Of a stretch of DNA of 64,000 nt, positions 43,628 to 52,444 are shown one piece after another; the stretch's first letter is position 1, and every line of letters begins with the position of its first letter. The stretch lies in contig CAYZXL010000002.1 of the NCBI GenBank assembly GCA_964482435.1, positions 19,083-83,082 of the forward strand, given 5' to 3'. The notes under the pieces were generated by a model, which worked only from the letters and a program-made list of their open reading frames with translations, searched no databases and had not been told where the DNA came from. The position numbers and the translations under genes were made by a program. This stretch comes from an uncultured Verrucomicrobiota bacterium. Its GTDB lineage: Bacteria > Auribacterota > JABMQX01.

Positions 43628-45718
43628 TCATCTCGAGCTCTCCCTGAGCACGGGCCAGGTCGCGCGATATTCATCCCGATAAAGCCCAATGTTCTCAAAG
43701 GGAATCTTTTGAAACCCCGGGACTTTCTGATAGACGAGGGAATCGTCCTTTAATTGGAAATTCATGTTTGCGGCATCAACCAACCCCGGATCCTCGTCGG
43801 TAATGAAATTGTCCTCGAGCTTGACATACTTCCTGTCCGGGTCTCGCCAACTGCTCCGGTAGGAAACGTTTCTCACGACGACGTTGCCAAGGGGCGCCTG
43901 CGGGTTTTCCTCCAGAATCCGCGCGAGCTTTGGATAGCGGGTGCTCCACGGCGGCTGGTCGTGACGAAACTGCCTGAGCGGCTCGTACATCGGCCCGCCC
44001 GGACGGAAGTGGTCCCACGTGAGACCTCGCGCATCAAGATGCACCGGCTGTTCGCACTCGACAAATATGTTGTTCTCCACGACGTTATCTCGTCCGCCCC
44101 CGATGAAAGCCGACTCTCTCGTCTTATAGAACACGTTCCCGAAAATCTCCGTCGAGCTAGCACAGTCGTCCAGGTAAACGACCTTCGAGCCGAAACCAGG
44201 TCTGTGGGGGATATGATGGATGAAGTTGTATCGCACAACGTTGCCCCGGAACGTCCAGTCTCGCCCGGTATAAAGCGCGCCGGCGTCGCTCGTCTCAAGA
44301 ACCACATCGTGGATTTCGTTGAACTCGATGAGGTGGTCGTTGCCGTCGTAGCCGATCGCCTGGTGAGGCGCATCGTGAATGAGATTGTGCGCAACTCGAT
44401 GTCCTACGCCGTACAGCCTCACCGCTGGCTGATAAACCTTCTTGCGCTGCGCGTAATCACGAATGTGACAGTTCACCACATAGTTTTCTCCGGGGGTCAG
44501 AGTTGAGCGATTTCCCCCGCTTATCTGGATTCCTGTTGAACCCACGTCGTGAACGTCGCATCCTATGACGCCATTTTTTGTCCCACCGTCAATGATGACA
44601 GCGTGCGAACCGACGCACCGGATGACACATTGAGTGATTGAATTATGCGTTCCGCCTCCTATCACGACGGCAATTCCCCGCGTCACCTCGAGCGTCAACC
44701 CCCGGACGGTAACGTGAGAAGTCTTCTCGAGGGTGACCAGCGGTTTCTCGAGTGTCGAAAAGAAAACCTGCCTTTTCGGAAAGCCTTCCGGAGGGAAGAA
44801 GTACAAAATGCCCTCTCTGCGGTCGAGATACCATTCACCCGGCTGGTCTATTTCCTCTAAAAGGTTCAGGGCGCGGTACCACTGGCCCTCCTTGATGCCG
44901 CCGGGAGTCCTGGCCAGAGTGATCTGTCGCCTTTCGGTGTCAATGCGGTCAATTTTGACGTGCTCGTCCATCCAGCCGTAGTACCAGAACCCGTGCAACT
45001 CGACGTCACGAGACTCGACCCAGCGTCTGGGACGGTCGCCGCTGTACTGGAACGTTCTGCCTTTCTTCGTTTCGTCCGCCAACCGCAGACCTGAGTCTCC
45101 GTCAGGCTCGACACATTTTCCGATGGTCAGCCAGCCTTCGTTGGGCCACCGGGCGACGGGCATCCGCTTCCCGTCGGAGAACAGCTCGAACATCGGCCCG
45201 GAAATCGTCATCTCGCCGTAGTCGGTTATCCCGTGAGCTTTCATGTCAACCTGAAGCACTTTGTCGCGGGCGCTCTCGTCGAGCCGCTTCAAAACATCCG
45301 GCTGTGTTACTGCGCGACACCATGACGCCTTTATCTTCTGTCCGCCGACCAACCGCGGTTTTTCGTCGCCACAGGCTCGATACGCGATTTGTGCCTCTTG
45401 AGTCCCGGAGTCTTCCTGCGTCAGTTGAAACGTGTCTGTGCGGTAATAAACCCCACCGCGGACCCAAACCGTAATGGGGCTTGCCGGTTGGCCGGTTCTC
45501 CTGAGCTCTCGAATTGCATCGCGCGCCCTTTGAAGACTCCCGAACGGCTTTTCGTTCGTTCCGGGATTGGTCTCACTCCCGTCTGCTGCGACGTAGAGCT
45601 CGACGCCGGGGAGCGCTCCCCTCAGCCTGCCCGGTTCCGTCGCAAACAGTTCACAGGCCGAAAAGAGAGACGCTGCCAAGGCAAGGATCACACTCAACCC
45701 AAATACGAACGAAGACAT
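43628..45718 (-). CDS. Secreted right-handed parallel beta-helix (pectin-lyase fold) protein
   Basis: Trimmed to the ATG at 45718, preceded by GGAGGGTGAGG, with a signal peptide MSSFVFGLSVILALAASLFSA. It has repeats such as NSITQCVIRCVGSHAVIIDGGTKNGVIGCDVHDVGSTGIQISGGN. Confidence 0.75.
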   Translation of the reverse strand: MSSFVFGLSVILALAASLFSACELFATEPGRLRGALPGVELYVAADGSETNPGTNEKPFGSLQRARDAIRELRRTGQPASPITVWVRGGVYYRTDTFQLTQEDSGTQEAQIAYRACGDEKPRLVGGQKIKASWCRAVTQPDVLKRLDESARDKVLQVDMKAHGITDYGEMTISGPMFELFSDGKRMPVARWPNEGWLTIGKCVEPDGDSGLRLADETKKGRTFQYSGDRPRRWVESRDVELHGFWYYGWMDEHVKIDRIDTERRQITLARTPGGIKEGQWYRALNLLEEIDQPGEWYLDRREGILYFFPPEGFPKRQVFFSTLEKPLVTLEKTSHVTVRGLTLEVTRGIAVVIGGGTHNSITQCVIRCVGSHAVIIDGGTKNGVIGCDVHDVGSTGIQISGGNRSTLTPGENYVVNCHIRDYAQRKKVYQPAVRLYGVGHRVAHNLIHDAPHQAIGYDGNDHLIEFNEIHDVVLETSDAGALYTGRDWTFRGNVVRYNFIHHIPHRPGFGSKVVYLDDCASSTEIFGNVFYKTRESAFIGGGRDNVVENNIFVECEQPVHLDARGLTWDHFRPGGPMYEPLRQFRHDQPPWSTRYPKLARILEENPQAPLGNVVVRNVSYRSSWRDPDRKYVKLEDNFITDEDPGLVDAANMNFQLKDDSLVYQKVPGFQKIPFENIGLYRDEYRATWPVLRESSR

Positions 45719-45795
45719 CCTCACCCTCCGTCTCAAAACCAGCGAACAAGCCACCGCCAATCACCACAATTTGCCCGCTCGATTTCTCGCTTGAA

Positions 45796-46791
45796 TCATG
45801 CCCGGGAGCTGCCGAAAGCTTTTCTCGCGTGCCGTTTCAGGATAATGGCCTCAACGCCTCCGGACCGTGCCATCTCCTCTCCGAGGCGGATTGTCTCTTT
45901 CATCTCGTCGTCGGTGAGGGGGCGAAACTGCTTTGCAGCCCGAACAGCCCGCTTCACCTCCTCAACTCTTCTCGCCCCAACAAGGGCGCAGGCGACCCCC
46001 GGAACGCTGAGAGCGTAGCGAAAGGCCCGGTCGTAGTCTTCCGCCATCTTTCCGGGTGTGCCACCCAGCACCTTCATGGCGACAAGTCCCAGATTGTGGC
46101 GAAGAGCGCGGCCGAAAAGCTCCTTGTTCCCTGCTTCCGCCTTTTGCTGGGCTTGCGCGACATAGTTAATGAACGGCATGACCACATCCCACTCATCCGA
46201 CTCATCGAGCAGCCGCAGCGCCGCCGCGTGAGGAGCATGAACGCTCATCCCGATGAACCGCGTCAAACCCTTCTTCTTTGCTTTCCGAAGGAATTCCAGC
46301 GACCCGCCCTTCCCGAGAATAGTCTTGATGTCCTGGGTTGTCTGAAACGTCGCTCCAACACAATGCTGCATCAGCAAATCAACATGGTCCGTCTTCAGGA
46401 GCTTGAGACTCTGAGCGAGTTCTTTCTCGACGCCTCTCGCATCGGAGCAGTTGGTCTTCGTCACCAGAAAGACCTCGTCGCGAACGGGCGAAAGGACCGG
46501 GCCAAGGCGCACCTCCGATTCCTTATAGTCGGGCGAGGTGTCGAAATAGCGCACCCCACCCTCCAGTGCCGCCTCGATGGTTGCCCTGGTCTGTACCTCG
46601 TCCGCTTCGTGCGCGATCCAGGCGCAGCCTAACCCGAGGATAGTCACCGATTCTTTCGTCCGCCCCAGAATGCGCCGGGGCATGTCACGCGAGCGGACAG
46701 CTTCGGCCATTCCTGTGGAAGCGCAAAGAGACTTGCCCGCCAGTCCGGCAGCCAGAGTGAACTTCAGGAAGTCTCGTCGAGTCTGATGCAC
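45796..46791 (-). CDS. Aldo/keto reductase with Tat signal
   Basis: 331-aa ORF with a twin-arginine MHQTRRDFLKFTLAAGLAG. RYFDTSPDY and VFLVTKT are typical of AKR proteins. Confidence 0.85.
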   Translation of the reverse strand: MHQTRRDFLKFTLAAGLAGKSLCASTGMAEAVRSRDMPRRILGRTKESVTILGLGCAWIAHEADEVQTRATIEAALEGGVRYFDTSPDYKESEVRLGPVLSPVRDEVFLVTKTNCSDARGVEKELAQSLKLLKTDHVDLLMQHCVGATFQTTQDIKTILGKGGSLEFLRKAKKKGLTRFIGMSVHAPHAAALRLLDESDEWDVVMPFINYVAQAQQKAEAGNKELFGRALRHNLGLVAMKVLGGTPGKMAEDYDRAFRYALSVPGVACALVGARRVEEVKRAVRAAKQFRPLTDDEMKETIRLGEEMARSGGVEAIILKRHARKAFGSSRA

Positions 46792-47141
46792 GAGAGTCGC
46801 CCTTTCTTTGCTCGAGAACGAACCAGGGACCGCGAAACCTCAAGGCTCATAATATCCCTTCTTGGTGTGTGGCCACAAGACGCATTAGGCCGGACGTGGT
46901 TGTGTAACCGGGGCGCGCGCGTCGCGCTCGTGACCAGGTTCATGAGCAAGACATCCATGCGACCTCGGCCGATCTGCTCTCGCGCTCCATCAGGCGCGAT
47001 GGCGCGGCTGGAAGACCCCGCGCCGCGAGGCCTGTCCGGAGCCCAGGCGATGCGGCGAGCGCCTTCGCGGCACCATCTCTCTGCCACCAAAGTGCAGCCA
47101 CACCCTTCGTTCGGCTGGGAATAACGACTACGAGGCTGGTT

Positions 47142-48146
47142 TCACCGCGCTGGCGCCGCGCCTTCAGGACGGCTGAGCTCCTTCAGGTAGGCTTGATACT
47201 GGTCGAGGATTTGCTGGCTGGAAGGATTTTGCGCAATCCACAATCGTGAGCGGGCTCTGGCGACTTCGCCCGCCAGGATGGTCTTTCCGAAGAGCGACAG
47301 ATAGAGCGAGTAATGCCCCTCGGTCTCATACGGCATTGAGATAGCAAAGCAATCTTCAGGTGGCGCCATGAACACGGCTGCGACACCCGTCTTTGGGTCG
47401 CGACGAATCGCCAGCGGCTCGGCAAACCTCGGCATAATCACCCAATCAACGGGGTGAGGCTCTATCTTCCAGCGGCCGTCCTTAATGAGCGCCACTGCCG
47501 CTTGGTCTCGGGGAAACATCAGCCAATCGCCGAACGGCTTTTGCGCCGCCAGAAACCCGGGCTTGCTTTCCGCGTCAGGATTTTCCTTCACAAAAACGAG
47601 GGAGTTGGTGAAGGCGCCGTCGAAATAGGAGGCTAAGAACGCTTCGAAGTTGGCCAGGTCTCTGCGCGCTTTCACTGCGGTTTCGAGGTCGAGAGACGAG
47701 GGATCACGCCAGCGATAAATGGCCGTCATCTCAAACGGGCGGTCGTTCGCCGCCGGCCAGAAAACCTCGACGGCTCCGTCGTCGAGAAGCCTGGCACCAC
47801 TCGGCCAGTCCCACGCCGCCGTTCCAAATCGGGCGTTCGCGACAAATACGCGGTAATGACTGAAAATGCCGTACCCGCGCGATAAAGCGACCCCCGATGG
47901 CACGTGAACAAGCGATGAAAGACCGACCGATTTGCCCTCCGCTCGCAGCTTCCCTCGAAGGACCCCGGTGTCAAACTCATACTGGCCTTGCCCCGTGGCC
48001 CTGAAAGCTATCTTCGAAGTCTCTCCCTTAACCTGCATCACGGAAGGTAGGACAGCCTGTCCGTCCGCCAGCGGAACAACAGCGACGTTCGCCAGATAAC
48101 CAAGCCAAGCGGACGGCACAAGGCATTTTATTACGCTGGTTTTCAT
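47142..48146 (-). CDS. Hypothetical secreted protein
   Basis: 334-aa ORF with a hydrophobic N-terminus. No family was recognised. Its coding status is supported only by its length and its position between neighbouring genes. Confidence 0.5.
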   Translation of the reverse strand: MKTSVIKCLVPSAWLGYLANVAVVPLADGQAVLPSVMQVKGETSKIAFRATGQGQYEFDTGVLRGKLRAEGKSVGLSSLVHVPSGVALSRGYGIFSHYRVFVANARFGTAAWDWPSGARLLDDGAVEVFWPAANDRPFEMTAIYRWRDPSSLDLETAVKARRDLANFEAFLASYFDGAFTNSLVFVKENPDAESKPGFLAAQKPFGDWLMFPRDQAAVALIKDGRWKIEPHPVDWVIMPRFAEPLAIRRDPKTGVAAVFMAPPEDCFAISMPYETEGHYSLYLSLFGKTILAGEVARARSRLWIAQNPSSQQILDQYQAYLKELSRPEGAAPAR

Positions 48147-48370
48147 CTTCCTACAAATGATAGGCGAGAGTGGGGTTCCTCATTTGCCGATCATCGCCCA
48201 CTCGCATGCCACGAGCCCACCCCCGTCGGTCTACTGGTGCCGGGGGAACAGAATCACCAAATGCGAAATTGAATACAGGCAAAAGGGCCTCAGCGCTGTC
48301 TCTCCCGCAAACGGTTGCCGGGGGAGCTGAACCATCCTACCGGGAACCAGGCGGCAAGCGGCGCATACCG

Positions 48371-48859
48371 TCACATGTCATGCGCGGCCTTGCCGCGCGA
48401 TTGACCGTATTCGTCGGCCTTCTTCAGCCTTTCGGCGTCCAGCAAATCTTGAGGCCTGCCGCAGGCTTCCTTTGCCTTTATCAGGTCCGCCTTCGATATG
48501 AAAGTAATGACTAATCCTTCCAGCCGCACCTTTTCCCGACGCTTCCATGCGTCATCGAACTCCACCCCCAGTATGGACATCATTATATCCGCACGGAACG
48601 GAGGCCTTCCCATCTGGTAAACGTAGCCTTCTTGGGCAAAATCGTCGGGACTGAGGTCTTTCAACGGAGCCCCAAACTCCTTCAGGGCTGCGAATGCTGC
48701 TCTGGCGTTCTTCCTGTCGGTCGAGACCCACAGGTCCAGGTCTTTCGTAAAACGTGGCTCCGTGTACTTCATCACGGCATACCCGCCAACCACGAGATAA
48801 CGCACCTTATATTTTCCGAAAAGACTCAACAGTTCTTTGAAGTCTGGGCTTGTCAGCAT
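48371..48859 (-). CDS. Minimal nucleotidyltransferase-fold protein (AbiEii/DUF6036-like, TA-associated)
   Basis: 162-aa ORF. FKELLSLFGKYKVRYLVVGGYAVMKYTEPRFTKDLDLWV fits the small NTase family usually found in two-gene cassettes. Confidence 0.65.
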   Translation of the reverse strand: MLTSPDFKELLSLFGKYKVRYLVVGGYAVMKYTEPRFTKDLDLWVSTDRKNARAAFAALKEFGAPLKDLSPDDFAQEGYVYQMGRPPFRADIMMSILGVEFDDAWKRREKVRLEGLVITFISKADLIKAKEACGRPQDLLDAERLKKADEYGQSRGKAAHDM

Positions 48860-49004
48860 GTCTGTTCCTGAGGCGCAAGTAGTCCAGGATCATGTCCAGA
48901 GCGGCCTCGAAGATGGCCTTGTCACCCTGGGACTGCCAGAACTGAACGTCAAATTCCCGGTCGTCATCGCCGATTTCTTTATAGGATTCAGAAATCTCCT
49001 CCAT
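48807..49004 (-). CDS. Small companion protein of the nucleotidyltransferase (putative antitoxin-like)
   Basis: 65 aa counted from the ATG at 49004. That ATG overlaps the TGA of the upstream BrnT-like ORF (TGATG). Its C-terminal PRLQRTVESF resembles small proteins I recall upstream of such NTases. It overlaps the NTase start by 53 nt. Confidence 0.4.
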   Translation of the reverse strand: MEEISESYKEIGDDDREFDVQFWQSQGDKAIFEAALDMILDYLRLRNRHADKPRLQRTVESFRKI

Positions 49005-49279
49005 CACCTACCTCCGAGATATTTCTTGGTTATTTTGCGACCGGAGATAATGGTTTTCAAAAGAATCCGCTCTTCCAATTCCTCGAATGGAACAAGGTAA
49101 GCGTATTAATTGACGATGACAACGAAAACGCGCTGACCCCGGTAACGCCTCTCGTTTGGATGCTCAAGGACGTCTGCGACATCGCCCTTATCAACGTGGA
49201 AGGCAATTTCTTCAAAGGAAATGCCCCGCTCCCTCTTCAGCAACTCGTTCTTTTCCTTGCTCCACGTGTAGTACTTCAT
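49004..49279 (-). pseudogene. BrnT-like (DUF497) toxin gene with an in-frame TAA
   Basis: This gene is not in the ORF track because it is under 60 aa. The ATG at 49279 gives MKYYTWSKEKNELLKRERGISFEEIAFHVDKGDVADVLEHPNERRYRGQRVFVVIVN. A TAA follows at 49108..49106, and the same frame then continues YAYLVPFEELEERILLKTIISGRKITKKYLGGR to the TGA at 49006..49004. Both halves together fit the BrnT pattern. Confidence 0.55.
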
Positions 49280-49331
49280 ACGCGAGATTATGACACAACA
49301 TGTGCTTCATGGCAACACGTTCGGCACCCAT

Positions 49332-50033
49332 CTAACGAGGAGCGTCAGCGTTTTCCGCCCCGGCTTCGTGCGACCTGGAAGGACCCCGCATTCGGCTCTT
49401 GAGGCTCTTCCGTTGATCCCCCTCATTGGCGACGAGTTTCTTGCCGGCCGCACAGCATTTGCGGAGGCCCTTTTGGTCGAGTGTGCCGTCGGGGCTTTGC
49501 GCGACCAGCCCGAAGTAGAGAGACTTTATCGGTTTTGCGCCGACGCATGCGGCGGCGGTTTTGAGTTCGCGCAGCGGTGCGCGGATGAACAGCCTGCTCA
49601 AAAAAGCCGGGGCGGCAGTGGAGGCGATGACAATGGCCTTTTTGTCGCGCTTCTTCGTGCGAAGCCGGGGGCCGGTCTTGGCGCCCCAGGGCCAGTACGC
49701 GTAGGGCAGAAGTCTTTCGATGAAACGTTTGGTGATCGCGGTGACGCGGAAGAAGTTGACGGGCGAGCCGAGAACAACGCCGTCGGCTGACTCGATATCT
49801 TGCAGGACTTGTTCCATATCGTCATCGTGGATACACTTTCCCCTTCGGCCAATGTCCTTTTCCTGGGTGCAGCTTCGGCAGTTGGCGCAGAACTCGATGT
49901 GCTTGTCGAGGAGATAGACTTTGGCGACCTCTGCGCCTGCATCCGCAGCGCCTCTGAGGACTTCAGAGACCGCAGTGTCAATTACTCTGTTTTTCCGGTA
50001 GCTGCCGACGATACCGACCACCTTTGCGGCCAT
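49332..50033 (-). CDS. Flavodoxin-like fold NAD(P)H-dependent FMN reductase / iron-sulfur flavoprotein-like
   Basis: Trimmed to the ATG at 50033, preceded by GGGAG at 7-nt spacing. It contains KVVGIVGSYRKN, CANCRSC and GVVLGSPVNF. Confidence 0.7.
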   Translation of the reverse strand: MAAKVVGIVGSYRKNRVIDTAVSEVLRGAADAGAEVAKVYLLDKHIEFCANCRSCTQEKDIGRRGKCIHDDDMEQVLQDIESADGVVLGSPVNFFRVTAITKRFIERLLPYAYWPWGAKTGPRLRTKKRDKKAIVIASTAAPAFLSRLFIRAPLRELKTAAACVGAKPIKSLYFGLVAQSPDGTLDQKGLRKCCAAGKKLVANEGDQRKSLKSRMRGPSRSHEAGAENADAPR

Positions 50034-50602
50034 CGCTTCACTCCCGTTTAGTAGCAATTTCCGATTTAGGCTGCTTGAGACACTTTTGCGCTTTTCAATT
50101 CTCAACAATATCAAAGATTTCTTTGAGTTCAACACCCCAACGCACAATTCTCATAAGTACCACCCACAAAATCGCGAAAAGCCGAGCAGTCGGATTCAAA
50201 AACCGCCTCTGGCTCAATATTTCCACGAACCTCAACCCTTCTCCCCGAAGCCGCCAGGTTGATTTGTCAACTGCCCGACGTCACCACGGAGCAGCCTCCC
50301 GTCCTTCCCATCCTCTTCATCGGCTCGCCACTGAGGCAACTCAACCTCCCATACCCTTGTTCATTTCCTACGTGGACAGTACACATCGCTTGAAAAACAT
50401 GCTGCCTTACATAGGGCTGCCTTGCTATCATTGGAAAAGCCTGTGGCGGGAGGACAAGAGTCTACAAGGCACACTCGATCACGTTTTCGCGAGCGCCAGC
50501 CTTTGCGTGCAATTGGGCTTGGATGTCCTTTCTACGCCGATGGAGACCAGACGGGCATCCAGCTCACACGATGTCTCCAGCTTTTTTGAAAGGAAGACTC
50601 AT

Positions 50603-52342
50603 ATGAAGGTCCGCACTTACACTTTGTTCGCTGCAGCGTTGGTCGTTCAATTGTCTTTTTGCCTCTCCTCGATCGCTGAGGAGGCAAGCCTTATTCTGCA
50701 CAACGGGAGAATTGTGACGGTTGATAAGGATTTCTCGATTCAAGAAGCTATGGCCCTCCGGGGAGACCACATCCTTCGCATCGGCAAGGACAAAGATGTC
50801 TTGAAAACCAGAGGAACCTCCACAGAGATGCTCGACATGCATGGGAAGATGGTATTGCCAGGACTCATTGATTCCCACGTTCATCCCACCTCCGCGTACA
50901 TGACAGAGTTTGACCACCCCATTCCCGAAATGGAGACGATTGCAGACGTTCTCGAATACATCAAGTCACGTGCTCAGGCGCTGGAAGACCGCGAGTGGAT
51001 CATCGTGCAGCAGGTTTTCATAACCCGCCTTCGAGAACAGCGATACCCCACGCGAGACGAGCTCGACCAAGCCGCACCAAATAATCCCGTGGTCTTCCAG
51101 ACGGGTCCTGATGCTTCTGTCAATACCCTTGCCCTGAAGCTCAGCGGCATTGACAAAGATTTCAAGGTGACGGATGGAGGTCCCGGATACGTTGAAAAGG
51201 ATGCCCGGACGGGAGAACCCACCGGGATCCTCCGTGGTTGCACGCGTTACATAAAGAGCAAGACCAGCGGGAAGGAGCCGAGCGAGCAAGACCACTATCG
51301 AAGACTGGTTGAGTTGTTCAAGGATTATAACTCTGTCGGAATCACCTCTGTCTCCGACAGAGATGCCTCCCCGTCGGCAATTGAGCGGTACGAAAGGATG
51401 CGAAAGAATGGTGATCTGACGGTCCGCTTATCCATTATGCAGCATGTGGATACCATCGGGCCTCTGGAGGAAATCAAAGCTAAAATTCGCAAGGTTGCCG
51501 AGAGTCCGCTTTGCAGAGGGGATGCGATGCTGCGCATCATCGGGATCAAAACTTATCTTGATGGCGGAATGTTGACCGGCAGCGCTTACATGCGAGAACC
51601 CTGGGGCGTAAGCAAAATCTACTCGATTGATGACCCGGAGTATCGCGGCGTTCTGTTTATTCCCAAAGAGCGTCTATTGCTCATCGTACAAACCGCGACG
51701 GAATCCGGCTTACAGTTTACTGCGCATTCCGTTGGAGATGGCGCCGTTCATACGCTCCTTGAGGTCTATGAAGAAATCAACAAAACCACGCCCATCCGCA
51801 ACATGCGCCCGTGCATCAGCCACTCCAACTTCATGAGCCGCGAAGCGGTGGAGAAGCTCCCCCGACTCGGGGTGGCCGTTGATATTCAGCCCGCATGGCT
51901 TTTTCTGGACACAAGAACGCTGGCCAAACACTTCGGATATGAACGCCTCCGGTTCTTCCAGCCATTGCGCAGCATCTTCGAAGCAGGTGGCATTGCGGGC
52001 GGAGGGTCGGACCACATGCAGAAGATCGGATCGCTACGGTCTGTCAACCCGTACAATCCATTTCTCGGCATGTGGGTGACCTTGACGCGGAAAGCAAAAT
52101 GGTATGAGGGAAGTCTCCACCCGGAAGAGGCTCTCAGCAGGGAGCAGGCTATTCGTTTTTACACGAGCAACAACGCATACATTCTCCGCCTGGAGGACAA
52201 GATAGGTTCTCTTGAAGAAGGAAAGCTCGCTGATTTCATTGTCCTGGACAGGGATATCCTCACGTGCCCCGTGGACGAAATAAGAGAGACAGGTGTTCTC
52301 TCGACCTATCTCAATGGGCGGCTTGTTTATCAGAGATGGTAG
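50603..52342 (+). CDS. Secreted amidohydrolase family protein (Amidohydro_3-like)
   Basis: Track ORF 50024..52342 was trimmed to the ATG at 50603, preceded by AAGGAAG, with a signal peptide MKVRTYTLFAAALVVQLSFCLSS. It has the metal motif GLIDSHVHP and a C-terminal GSLEEGKLADFIVLD. Confidence 0.8.
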   Translation: MKVRTYTLFAAALVVQLSFCLSSIAEEASLILHNGRIVTVDKDFSIQEAMALRGDHILRIGKDKDVLKTRGTSTEMLDMHGKMVLPGLIDSHVHPTSAYMTEFDHPIPEMETIADVLEYIKSRAQALEDREWIIVQQVFITRLREQRYPTRDELDQAAPNNPVVFQTGPDASVNTLALKLSGIDKDFKVTDGGPGYVEKDARTGEPTGILRGCTRYIKSKTSGKEPSEQDHYRRLVELFKDYNSVGITSVSDRDASPSAIERYERMRKNGDLTVRLSIMQHVDTIGPLEEIKAKIRKVAESPLCRGDAMLRIIGIKTYLDGGMLTGSAYMREPWGVSKIYSIDDPEYRGVLFIPKERLLLIVQTATESGLQFTAHSVGDGAVHTLLEVYEEINKTTPIRNMRPCISHSNFMSREAVEKLPRLGVAVDIQPAWLFLDTRTLAKHFGYERLRFFQPLRSIFEAGGIAGGGSDHMQKIGSLRSVNPYNPFLGMWVTLTRKAKWYEGSLHPEEALSREQAIRFYTSNNAYILRLEDKIGSLEEGKLADFIVLDRDILTCPVDEIRETGVLSTYLNGRLVYQRW

Positions 52343-52444
52343 CTGCGCCGCGATACCCGAGCCTCGGTTGACACGATCCGCGCTTTACCCCGCGCCGGCG
52401 GACTTTTTTGTGAAGCGCTGTCGCACCGCGACACGTTTTGCTGG

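Noticed and set aside
50024-50602. A 193-codon N-terminal extension of the amidohydrolase ORF, a stop-free frame upstream of the ATG at 50603.
   Set aside because: The extension is Ser/Thr/Leu/His-rich with no domain signal. The ATG at 50603 has its own AAGGAAG SD and is followed directly by a textbook signal peptide. The region is better read as a long, AT-richer divergent intergenic region.
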